Shown: positions 1-10,545 of the stretch, piece after piece
Layout of the letters: each line of letters opens with the position of its first letter
Numbering within the stretch: position 1 is the first letter of the stretch
Source of the DNA: Laetmonice hystrix
Taxonomy: Eukaryota
DNA length: 64,000 bases
Direction: 5' to 3'
Assembly (NCBI GenBank): GCA_965235115.1
Contig: OZ249443.1
Location: 4,650,001-4,714,000 of the forward strand
Made by a program: the position numbers and the translations under genes
Notes under the pieces: model-generated
What the model saw: only the letters and a program-made list of their open reading frames with translations
The model's database searches: none
What the model was told of the DNA's origin: nothing

Positions 1-1560
1 TCAGAGCCACAGGTGCCTGCCAGCCCGGCCAGGTGTACGTGGTGATTCCACCACTAGCCGGAAGGTAGCAGTGCAGTCGCAGCGGCCCCTGGTGTTTCTT
101 GCCTGCAGCATCTCTGGAACCTTCCTTTGTTGGTTTGTTACTTGTGGATGGCATATCTGATATAGAAAAAGCGTACAACGTCATTTGCCATTGTTAACTA
201 AACCTTTACGGCAAGCAGTCATTGGGACGACCTGACAACGTTGTCGGACGCTTACAGATGGTCTGTATATGGGATACAGATTAGATGGGAGGAGATGATA
301 GACGAAACGCATGGCCTGCCTCCTGTACAATAAAAGCATGGAAACATGAAACATGAGGCATCCCTATACTACTGGGTACTCTTGTATACAAGCAAACGGT
401 GCAGGGAGGCCAAACAGTGCAGGGAGGAATCGCTGCAAGGTATACTGGCTGACCTAGCACCCAAACGAACACTACAGTGGGGCCAAAGAGTGGGCCTACA
501 GTGAGGCCAAAAAGTACACTGTGGGGCCAAGCAGTGTGGGAGGCCAACCAGTAGAGTGAGAAGTCTTTATATCTTAGAGGCTGGCCTAGTAGCCATGAGA
601 ACACTACAGTGAGGTAGTGGAAATGAAAGGTACAGGCGAGGAACATCTAATGTTAAAATCTGGAGAAGATACTCAAATGGGAAGTGTACACATTACAACC
701 ATAGGCCTATATCTCTAGCGAACGTACGAGATCTTTAGGTTTGACAGTTATACATCTGGCCTAAGAATCACAATTGTGGGGGGCGTAGTTTTAATTTGAC
801 GTATCAAAATGTAGCCATTTTTCGCTTATCATTGCGTTAACCTGTCTGTCGCCTCAGGGCCACAGGTGCCTGCCAGGCCGGCCAGGTGTACGTGGTGATT
901 CCACCACTAGCCGGAAGGTAGCAGTGCAGTCGCAGCGGCCCCCGCCGCTTCAGTGGAGCTGCGCTGCACCCTGGTGTTTCTTGCCTGCAACATCTCTGTA
1001 ACCTTTCTTTGTTGGTTTGTTACTTGTGATGGGATATCTGATATAGGAAAGGCGTACAACGGCATTTGCCATTGTTAATTAGACCTTTAAGGCAAACAGC
1101 CATTGGGACTACCTGACAACGTTGTCGGACGCTTACAGATGGTCTGTATATGGGACACAGATTAGATGGGAGAAGGTGATAGACGAAAGGTACGGCCTAC
1201 CTCCTGGACAATAAAGGCACGGAAACATGAAACATGAGGCGTCCCTATACTACTGGCTACTGTTGTATAGTGAGGCCAAAGAGTACAGGAAGGCCAAACA
1301 GTACAGTGAGGAATCCCTACTGGCTGGCCTAGTACCCAAGGAAACACTACAGTAAGGCCAAACAGTACAGTGAGACCAAACAATATACTGTGGGGCTAAG
1401 CAGTGTGGGAGGCCAAGCAGTAGAGTGAGGAGTCCCTACATCTTACCCGCTGGCCCATTATAGTAGCCATGCAAACAGTACAGCGAGGTAGTGGAAATGA
1501 AAGGTACAGGCGAGGAGCATCTAATGTTAGACGAAACCTATGGCCTGTCTCCTGGACAAT
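1..1560. repeat. Two diverged direct copies of an ~853-bp unit, each containing a degenerate sub-array related to the reverse complement of the adjacent 52-bp satellite
   Basis: tcag(a/g)gccacaggtgcctgcc...ccaccactagccggaaggtagcagtgcagtcgcagcggcccc occurs at 1 and at 854, and colinear similarity continues to about 660 and 1530. Internal aaacactacagtgaggcc-type motifs are repeated. Confidence 0.85.
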
Positions 1561-1860
1561 ATTGCAGTGTTGCCAACCTGATAAAAAAACAATTCTGTGA
1601 GTATGGCGAGCATGGGACGTGCGAAGCCATACAGGGGGCATGCTCCCCTTAGAAAAATTGAAATCTTATTTTAAAAATGGTGCATTCTGTGCATTTTGGG
1701 GGTTATATTTGGATAAATTTGCCATTTGCCCAAAATTCCGTGTGGATAAATTTGCCATTTGCCCAAAATTCCGTGAGATATGGAGTATCACCCGTGAGCC
1801 GTGAGTTCATGGGCCCTGCCCATCAAAATCAGTGAGGGTCACGGAGATTCCGTGAAAGTT

Positions 1861-3140
1861 CACTGTAAAGCCATGTTTGCTCGACTATAAGGCCACTCAG
1901 TATATGTCGTAAGCCCTCATTGTAGTGATTCTTCGAGTTTAAGGCCAGACAGTACATGTTGGGAGCTCTGTAGTGTTTGCGCCAGTCTGAGGCCGGTCAA
2001 TACACCTAGAGCCCTCACTGTAGTGTTTTCCCGACAATAAGGCCAGTCAATACATGTAGGGGCCCACAATGTAGTGTTTGCTCGAGTATAAGGCCAGTCA
2101 GTCCATGTGGGCAGCCCTCACTGTAGTGTTTGCTCCAGTCTGAAGCCGGTCAATACATCTAGAGGGCTCTCACCGCAGTGTTTGCTGGAGTATAACGCCA
2201 CTGAATACATGTAGAGAGCCCTCACTGTAGTGTTTATTCGAGTATAAGGCCAGTCAGTACATGTAGGGAGCCCTCACTGTAGTGTTTGTTCGAGTATAAG
2301 GCCAGTCAGTACATGTAGGGAGCCCTCACTGTAGTGTTTGCTCGAGTGTACGGCCAGACATTACATGTAGGGAGCCCTCACTGTAATGTTTGCTCCATCC
2401 TAAAGCCAGTCTTTACATGGAGGGATCCCTCACTATACTGTTTGCTCGACAATGAGGCCACTAAATACATGAAGAGAGCCCTCACTGTAGTGTTTGCTCG
2501 AGTATGACGCCACTCAATACATGTAGGGAGCCCTCACTGTCGTGTTTTCCCCAGCCCAAGGGCAGTCAATACATGTAGAGAGCCCTCACTGTAGTGTTTG
2601 CTCGACAATAAGTCTAGGCAAAACATGTAGGGAGCCCTCACTGTAGTGTTTGCTTGAGTATAAGGCCAGTCAGTACATGTGGTGAGCCCTCACTGTCGTG
2701 TTTGCTCGAGTATAATGCTAGTCAGTCCATGTGGGCAGCCCTCACTGTAGTGTTTGCTCCAGGCAGAGGCCAGTCAATACATCTAACGTGCCCTCACTGT
2801 AGTTTTTGCTCAAGTATACGACAAGTCAATACATGTACATGTAAGGAGCCCTCACTGTAGTGTTTGCTAGAGTTTAAGGCCAGACAGTACATGTTGAGAG
2901 CCCTCACTGTAGTGTTTGCTCGAGTATAAGGCCAGTCAGTCCATGTGGGCAGCCGTCACTGTAGTGTTTGCTCCAGTCTGAGGCCGGTCAAAACATCTAA
3001 AGAGCCCTCACTGTAGTGCTTGCTCCAGTGAGTCTGAGGTCAGTCAATACATCTAGAGAGCCCTCACTGTAGTGTTTGCTTGAGTATGACGCCACTCAAT
3101 ATATGTAGGGAGCCCTCACTGTAATGGTTGCTCCAGCCCA
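1861..3140. repeat. 52-bp tandem satellite/minisatellite, about 24 diverged copies
   Basis: Unit gagccctcactgtagtgtttgctcgagtataaggccagtcagtacatgtagg; ctcactgt recurs at 2221 and 2273 (period 52). Confidence 0.95.
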
Positions 3141-3180
3141 ACAAGTCCAGCTCCAGTCCAGCTCGACAATAAGGACAATA

Positions 3181-3420
3181 AATTGTACGAAGGATACGAA
3201 TTACCTTACAAGTAGAATCATGTAACACCATAAATTGAGAGAGGGTGTGGGGGATGGACGAAGGAAGAAAGGGTCAGATTGTTGTGCTCCATATAGTGCC
3301 TTCCGGACTCTACGGCCATGACGGAACTGCCGACATCTATATATGTTTTTTATAGGTTGACGATACTGGTAGACATAGCAGTGCATAGGCCTATTGGTTG
3401 GAGAGACCAGAGATATTCAA
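3181..3420 (+). repeat. Fragment of a dispersed ~420-bp repeat family (same family as 4370-4860, 29440-29780 and 63520-64000)
   Basis: cgaaggatacgaat...tagaatcatgtaacac...aaattgagagaggg...gaaagggtcagattgttg...ggactctacggccatg...gccgacatct...catagcagtgcataggcctattggttggagaga matches 63800-64000 and 63520-63620. Confidence 0.85.
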
Positions 3421-4442
3421 ATATGTGTCCATAGCAAACAAGACATAGCTCATGGGCATGGTTACGATCCTCGACCCTACCATCTCTTTCCTTGCAGGCC
3501 TTCCCTCTTGTCATTATACTCACCCTCAGATCTACCAACGCCAGTCTCTATACGACCCATTCCCAATATCTGGAATCTCGACATTTCAGAATCCTCCTCC
3601 TGCCTTTAGGATTCGGAAATGTCGGGTTTCCCAATGTATGTTATCAGAAAAAGTGTTTAAAAAAAATATTGGCTGATTTATGTTTGATTGATCTGCTCTT
3701 TTAAACTTTCATACTCTTGGATGACCCCGTTTTGTATATAGGCCTATAGTGATTGAAGGTTGGTGACCTGTACGAATGCATTCGGGAACCCTCGGGAAAG
3801 TCCGCCACCTTCCGGTGGGTTCGGATTTTCACCTCGGGTGTAATGGACAGATTTGTGTGACTTTGTGATGCGGCGCGAATGAATATGAGTAAGCAGGCAG
3901 GGGGGCACAATGCGCGCTGACCAAGTAATCCCTACAGCGTAATGGCAGCGGTTGATGAGTGTTTTCATTATGCACTTGAAAACTGTCCGATAACCAAAGG
4001 AAAGTCGCGGCAGTTAAACCAAAACAGAGAGAAACATGCTCAACTCGGAAATGGCTTATGCCTCCATTCGTCCCATCGTCGGCCACCAACACTCGCTGAC
4101 TCCCCGGCGCAGCTACCGACAGCGCCGCTGCTACTGCTAGCGCAAAGCGCTCGGAAACTGGTAAAGCAGTCTAGGCGAGATACAAATTAAGGAGGACGTT
4201 ATTTCACATAACTCTGATCACCGTCCCTTCCGTGAACACCCACTAGAATTTTTTTATAGCGACAAAGGCCAAGATGGGAGCTGTGGAAAGCACATGGGTT
4301 TGTTTAGTTGTGTGACTACTTTCAAAAATGGCGACCTGACCTTTACGGCCGAGACATGATCTGCCATCTGTCGAGGTAGCGCCGAGTGGTACGAATAGTG
4401 TCTTCATTACAGAGAGGGGCACACCTCCAGAAGGATATCTAA

Positions 4443-4626
4443 ACCGTTGACACACCAAAAACGGTTTTGTTCAATGCGCTTCGATGCGCATTGAATCCAC
4501 ATATGGATATGGTTTGGGTTCAATGCGATTTACTGCGCATTAGGAACCGTGTTGGGTGTGTCACGAACCGTATCAATGCGCTTTGAAGCGATTTGAAGCG
4601 CATTGGAGCGTCGGTGTGTCAACGGT
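4443..4626. mobile_element. MITE, probably PIF/Harbinger-type, inserted into the dispersed ~420-bp repeat family
   Basis: TIR accgttgacacacc ... ggtgtgtcaacggt; internal caatgcg/cgcattg palindromes; flanks are TWA-like (cta/tta). Confidence 0.7.
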
Positions 4627-4627
4627 A

Positions 4628-4860
4628 TTATGTCAGTGTTGGGAGGACGCCTTTACAGGTGCGTATGATATAGGGGCTCTTTTGCGCACTGATCTTCCGT
4701 CTTCAGATTTGGAATTAACTTTGATAGACAAATAACGCGGAAATACAAAGATATGAGATCAACATATACGACCTCTCAATGCGCCCTCTATCGTGGAGTT
4801 GCCACCTAGCGGCACATAGCTGACACACAACTAGCCGGCAATGGACTGATGGGAGGCCTG
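4628..4860 (+). repeat. Dispersed repeat copy carrying two CTCF-like motifs
   Basis: tatgtcagtgttggg...gatcttccgt...gcgccctctatcgtggagttgccacctagcggcacatagctgacacacaac...ggactgatgggaggcc is closely similar to 29540-29770 and 63620-63800. Confidence 0.85.
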
Positions 4861-5147
4861 CCAACACTGACATAACTTTAGATATCCTGTCTGAAACAAC
4901 GTGTCTAGTGTCACCTTCATGGAGTTTCGTATATGGTGGTAGGAATCTCCTTTGAAATAAAATAACCACGAACACTATAGTATTGATGCATACTCACTTT
5001 ATTGCGTCTAATAAAATTGATAATTCATGATCAAATAAAATAAGCCCAGGCCTAGTTGGGCCTAGTTGCTAAGTCTGATGAGCAGGCCTACATTATACTC
5101 ACGCTAAATCTCCAAGGTCTAAAGAGTTATATAAGTACCTAGACCTG

Positions 5148-5323
5148 GCCCTGGTTTTTAGTTTGCAAACCGAGTCTTAAGATTCAAATCTTAAGACTGA
5201 ACTCTTGTTTCAGAGCTTCTGATTGGTCCTTCAAATGAAGTCAGCCAATGAGAGATCATAACACAAGTCAGTCTTAGAATTCCAGTCTTAAGATTGGCAA
5301 AATGACGAACTAAAAACTGGGCC
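5148..5323. mobile_element. PIF/Harbinger-like MITE (GGCCCAGTTTTT-terminal family)
   Basis: Imperfect TIR gccctggtttttagtt / aactaaaaactgggcc, flanked by CTG on both sides. Internal gcttctgattgg...agccaat and cttaag motifs are shared with 15242-15377 and 19858-19977. Confidence 0.7.
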
Positions 5324-5424
5324 CTGGAGTGCTTTAGTCTATGTGCTAGAGATAATAGAAAATAGTCAAGAAAAGATGTGGATAACATGACCATGAACTC
5401 GAAATATTATAGAGAGCTTCAAAC

Positions 5425-6585
5425 TTAGTCTCTCGAGTTCTTGTTTCCCATACACCTTTGAAAGAAAGTGATACTAACTGCCTTTCTGTAACTCGGCATA
5501 AGTGCGGCATATACAAACGGATTGGCGCATGAGTTGAGAACCGCCAACCAAACGCCTATCTTCTGAACAGGCGCGTTCAGTACATACTCCAGCCATCCTA
5601 TGCTCCCAAAAAAGTAGTACAAAGAATCGTAGCCGAAGGATAAAATAAATATTATGGTAACAACTATAGCTGTCTTGGTCAGCTCTGTTGTAGCCTTGTC
5701 AATGATCCTGGACTGTGCCATGGCGGTGGCCTGGCGCTTCTTGAAACTCCAAATCACCCTGCCATAGAAAAAGAGGAAACTGCCGGTCGGGATGAAGTAA
5801 TAGGTCACAACAGTACTGAAACTGTACACGTTGAAGAAAGTTGCGAATGCTTCAGTGTCGAACGAATATTCGCTGTAACATTTGCCATCTTCCCGGATCC
5901 GTGACTGCATGTAGGAACCGATCGTGCAACAGACGCCCGCGATGTAGACGACTCCGATTTGACGGTACACCGTCTTCTTGGTGTATTCTTGATATTTAAA
6001 CGGGAAGCAAACGCAGAGGAAGCGTTCGTAAGCAATGAGCACGAGGTTATAGGCGGAGATGAAGCAGCTATTCCAGTACAACCCCTGGCCATGCCAGAGT
6101 TGACAGAGGACAACGTCAAAGGCGTACGTACCCGTCACCCAGTTAAACGGCTGACGGAGAAGAATGGCGGCGAACATGCAGAGAACACCGTCAATGATAG
6201 ACTGATGTTTGAGGAGGAGTGCAATGGTTGGAGTGAAGTCTTTACCGTTCTTGGTCAGCGTAATAAGAGTCCCGACATTGGCTATGAAGCCAATGATGGT
6301 CATAACAAACTGGCTTTCATCTAAGATTGTGTTGATGAGGAGGTTAGGAGATTCTTCCGGTTGTTCGTGCTCGGTTACGTTGCCATGTGGCGCCATGGTC
6401 GTGTAGTTGGATTGGTCATGTGACCTTGACGTCCCATTCAAGGTCCTCCGGACCCTAATCAGTAAACCGCCCTGTTTGACATTCCTTAACCCAACGATTG
6501 TCGACTCCGTCATCTGAGTGAGGAGGACGGCCACTGTGACCATGGCAATGGCTGGGAGCGTGAAGACAGACGCCCGTACGGCCAT
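5425..6585 (-). CDS. Rhodopsin-class (family A) orphan GPCR, single coding exon, 386 aa
   Basis: ATG at 6585 (the track starts at an upstream TTG). Seven hydrophobic segments; TM3 ERF (YERFLCVCFP); TM7 NSCANPFVY; hydrophobic N-terminus and N-glycosylation sequons. A 5'-UTR intron is suggested by an acceptor (tttcctcttgttactttcag, AG at 6659-6660) and a donor (ATCG|gtaagc, 7437-7438). Confidence 0.93.
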   Translation of the reverse strand: MAVRASVFTLPAIAMVTVAVLLTQMTESTIVGLRNVKQGGLLIRVRRTLNGTSRSHDQSNYTTMAPHGNVTEHEQPEESPNLLINTILDESQFVMTIIGFIANVGTLITLTKNGKDFTPTIALLLKHQSIIDGVLCMFAAILLRQPFNWVTGTYAFDVVLCQLWHGQGLYWNSCFISAYNLVLIAYERFLCVCFPFKYQEYTKKTVYRQIGVVYIAGVCCTIGSYMQSRIREDGKCYSEYSFDTEAFATFFNVYSFSTVVTYYFIPTGSFLFFYGRVIWSFKKRQATAMAQSRIIDKATTELTKTAIVVTIIFILSFGYDSLYYFFGSIGWLEYVLNAPVQKIGVWLAVLNSCANPFVYAALMPSYRKAVSITFFQRCMGNKNSRD

Positions 6586-6733
6586 TTTAGATCTCAATGC
6601 TTGAGGAGACTATGTCTACTATTCCGAAGTCACGTTCGACTGAGACTTGTTTGACAAGCTGAAAGTAACAAGAGGAAAGTGTTTGAATACTGGAGAAAAA
6701 GAGAAGACCGCGGGCTCGGCTAAAATATGCGTA

Positions 6734-7106
6734 CAGGGTGGCCCACAAAAATCTACCCATTTGTCTGTTGATATTTTCAAGGAAAATAAATATTTTCTTT
6801 TCATTTTCATAAGAGCCGTTAACAAGTCCAGTCGAAGTTGTGTGATACCAAAATGGACGCAGTACGTCAATTTTCAGAGCACGAAAGGACAAAGATTCTT
6901 GAAAGCTACTTTTCAACCGAATCAGTGGTTGTAACACAGAGGGCATTTCGGAAGGAATTTTATGGGAGGAAGTTTCATGCAGACAAGAACGATAACGAAC
7001 ATTGTAGAGAAATTTAGGAACACTGGCAGTGTGGGAAATGACAATAAAGATCATAGCGGGCGGCACGTTACTAGAAAATATCAACAAATGTTTGTGGGCC
7101 ACCCTG
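6734..7106 (+). mobile_element. Internally deleted Tc1/mariner element with a frameshifted N-terminal HTH transposase remnant
   Basis: TA|CAGGGTGGCCCACAAA ... TTTGTGGGCCACCCTG (right flank TG). The interior translates MDAVRQFSEHERTKILESYFSTESVVVTQRAFRKEF, then after a frameshift ITNIVEKFRNTGSVGNDNKDHSGRH, typical of Tc1/mariner transposase N-termini. Confidence 0.88.
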
Positions 7107-7220
7107 TGTGAGGCATGAGGACTACATGATATAACTTCTGAGATCGATCTGAAATGTCCAAGATTCCGACGTTTCGTGAGAGTAAAATCAGTCGTTGAAC
7201 ACATTAACTAAACTAACTCC

Positions 7221-7222
<2 letters not shown>

Positions 7223-7269
<47 letters not shown>

Positions 7270-7308
7270 TCTCTCTCGCTCCGTCTCTCTCTCTCTCTCT
7301 CTCTCTCT
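7223..7308. repeat. (CT)n microsatellite
   Basis: Direct reading; interrupted CT run. Confidence 0.97.
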
Positions 7309-9529
7309 AGGCACAGACCTACAGCGACCATTGACGTATTTGACAATGAACAATAAACCAATTTTCAATTTGATGTTTGCCAATTGACCTGTTAATAGGC
7401 GTTACTGTAGGTTGATCGTGAAAAGTGTGATTGCTTACCGATCTGATTGCCTTGTGTCCCTCTGCGATCGTTTCCTCCAATGTCGCTTAAGACGAAGTCT
7501 ATGTTTGTAGGAACCCCGGCAAACTACAGGTTTCACTTATAAAGCTACAGGTCCACCAGGCGCATGTAAAAAATGATCCTGTGTAGCTTTTTTTCTGGAC
7601 TATAGCCATATATACGGATTACATTTCTACCATAATCAATGGTTACTGTATGTTTGCGTGTAGCCTACTCGCATGTCTGTTAACACTTCTCCGAATAAAA
7701 CATATTATGGTTTGGGAAAACGTATTTTGCTTTTTTTCGCCCTTATACTTTTACCGCCGCATTAGCAAGCCAACTCCCCTATTCTCATCTGAATCTGTCC
7801 CAGTAACTGAAATGCCATAGGTGTAAGTGCCTTTCTTTTTGCATTCGGAGAAAAAGCGTATAATGAGTCGCTTACAGAAAGCATAATGTTATTTAAAAAA
7901 AGGCCTATCGTCTGCGCTGCACACAAGGTGTGTCCGCAAAGTTTTTCAGGTGTTTGACCTCAACGATATTGTATTATGACAGATCGTGCACCATTCTTAC
8001 TTACAGTGGGGGGTTGTCATACGAAAGGCAATGAAGGGCGTGACCGTAACACGGCATGCTAACCAGAGACGTAATAACATATAACCAACAAAATTATCAC
8101 ACATCAAAATGTTCATTTCCTCAACTGAAGGCAGTGTAGGCCTAATGATGTGTTCCACAACCCTCATGGAAGTATCGCAGCATGAGAAGTTACGACAAAA
8201 TGCCGCTGGCAAATGTTGATTTACGGCTTGAATCTTAACGATTAATGGATGATGTTGGACCCGTTGTAAAGAAACTGATATGGCAAGGACCACCAGGGCG
8301 GTGTCTCGCGACGCTGATCTCTTGCTGTATTCCAGTTACAGGTGCACCCATCTAAAGATGAAGATACTCTTGTCCCACTCAGCGTACACAGGATGCATCT
8401 TATGTCAAATATTTTTTATGACTGCCAAAAGTTGCCAACGACATCCACTGGTGTAAGTCCTTTAAAGAAACGTCCACCGCCAGTGTGTACAGGCCAGGCA
8501 CACAGACCGTGATATTCTAAGCAATTTAAAAAAGATTTGAACACAATTGGTGCTCAAATAGTTAAGATATAAGCACTTTAGTGCCGGAGCCTCCTCAGAG
8601 CCTGCTCCGCTGGTGTTGGCCGCCATAGCGTCTGCTCCTTGGGCTAATCTCAAACTGCGCATGCTCGACCACTGCTCTCCAGTTGAGCGATTCGAAAGGT
8701 AGTGAACGATGACAGCTTAAAAGCAAAATTTGTTAGAACATAGACGAAAACCATCGATCATAGTGATGAGGAATGGCTAGGAATTAAGCCTATCGATGTC
8801 AGGGGATATATCAGGGTGGACACGGATCTGGGCAGCCGTGGGTTTCGGCCGCCGGCATTCAATTCGTCCCGCTCGGAGGTGTGATGTTGACAGAGCCCAG
8901 GGCCACTGGGCCCGGGGCCGGGCCCCACTCTGACTCCGACCGCGGGCACTGGCAGTGTCAGACTCCTGTGGTCAGCACAGACCTGTTGCGTTTAGTTGTG
9001 ACTGTGACTGTGACTGTGGGACGGACACCCATCGATTTGCCCACCCGCCTCGGCCGCCTTTAGCCTAGTCTATAGCCTAGCCCCGGCATGCAATAAATGG
9101 GCACAAGGACGTCACTTACTTCCGGCTGGCTGCGCCGCTGATGCCAGTGATTTTGACACGGTTGTCATGTTCAACATTGGAATGGGGACATTTTTTCCAA
9201 CCACTACTCTGAAAGGTGAGTATATATAGAGGTCTTGCAGCTGTCCAAATGTGATTTTTGACTGGACTTCTCGTTTAAGGTTTCATGGCAGTGTCGCTGA
9301 CAATGCTTGGTGTGAGATAGCATTGTAACATCAGGTATCGCCCCCAACTCAATCACGGACACCACCTCCCGAATAAAGAAAGTTTTGGTGGTGGAACAGA
9401 ACAATGGACTCTCGATCCCCTCTCACCCACTTCTCCAAGCTTTCATATAGGTGTGGCTCAACGTGCTTTATTAGACTCGACTTTACAATAAGTTTACTAC
9501 CGAAATATTTATTAAGATTTTATTGATTC

Positions 9530-9691
9530 TGCTACGCGCCATCTATCAGTCCGACCCATTTGAAAATAGGTCTGACCCAGTAATGAATTTTCAGATGGGT
9601 CGCCCATTTGCAAATGGGTGATCCATCTGGAAATTAATTATTGGGCCAGACCCACTTGCAAATGGGTCGGATTGTCAGATGGGTTGTAGCA
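9530..9691. mobile_element. Palindromic (hairpin) MITE-like element
   Basis: Left arm tgctacgcgccatctatcagtccgacccatttg matches the reverse complement of the right arm (tgctacaacccatctgacaatccgacccatttg). The palindrome runs inward to a cccatttgcaaatggg centre. Confidence 0.75.
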
Positions 9692-10293
9692 ATTTGATTC
9701 CAGTTCGAATATTAAATTAATTTCGATGAATTCACCTCAAGGGAATGTGGGTCCATCTGCTACTTTTCCTAATCACCTGATCTATAGCGAAGGGGCTTTA
9801 TGAGTCACTGTGAATTATTTATTTAATTATTTATGTTAGATTTCGATCCTGAGTAGACTATAGAAGATGAAATAAACTTAGCAGGAAGTACTGAATATTT
9901 ATCATTATTCTGTTTAGTTCTACAAAGCCGACATTTGTCTCAAGATAGAGAAGATAACAATGGGACCGCAACCTTTCACAAAACAGACTGATCGCCTGCC
10001 TCTCCCCCATAGCAGCTAGAAGGCCCCTCCACCCCCTCCTCCCCCTCCTCCCCTCTCCTCCCCCTCCCTCCTCCCCCATAATTACTCCGAGAAGGAATTG
10101 AACGGCAGCTGAATGTGCTGCGCCATTAATATGCTTGACTAATTATTTTTTAATTAAGGAGTAATTATTAGGGGGAGAAGGAGGTTGCATGGCATGACAT
10201 CATACCTTTTCCAGACTCTGTAGAACCGTAAAATCATAATTTTAACTCATGCAAGTTCTTGTTATTGTAAGTTGATTTAAAAAGGGTGACAAT

Positions 10294-10456
10294 GATGCTT
10301 GGTGATAACTTCTCAGACTTTACGTCATGTCTGGGGTGTGTACTATGCCTGTCTGTCTGTGTCTGTCTGTTTCTGTCTGCCTTTCAAAACGATGCTTGGT
10401 GATAACTTCTCAGACTTTACGTCATGTCTGGGGCGTGTACTATGCCTGTCTGTCTG

Positions 10457-10505
<49 letters not shown>

Positions 10506-10545
10506 GCCTGTCTGTCTGCCTGTCTGTGTTTGTCTGTCTCTGACT
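10294..10545. repeat. 97-bp direct duplication followed by a (CTGT)n microsatellite
   Basis: gatgcttggtgataacttctcagactttacgtcatgtctgggg occurs at 10294 and 10391; CTGT run at about 10446-10540. Confidence 0.92.

Noticed and set aside
1861-3140. Regular repeat arrays as CRISPR (also 27903-28858, 42428-43080, 41227-41676)
   Set aside because: Units are contiguous with no unique spacers, there are no cas genes, and the context is an intron-containing eukaryotic genome.
5805-6406. ORFs overlapping the GPCR in other frames or antisense (similar cases across MEGF8 and METTL13 exons)
   Set aside because: Shadow frames of real coding exons with no recognisable protein features.
8462-8680. Short minus-strand ORF MAANTSGAGSEEAP... 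preceded by an NRF1-like tgcgcatg motif
   Set aside because: It looks promoter-like, but I found no convincing donor, downstream exon or homology. It may be a repeat interior.
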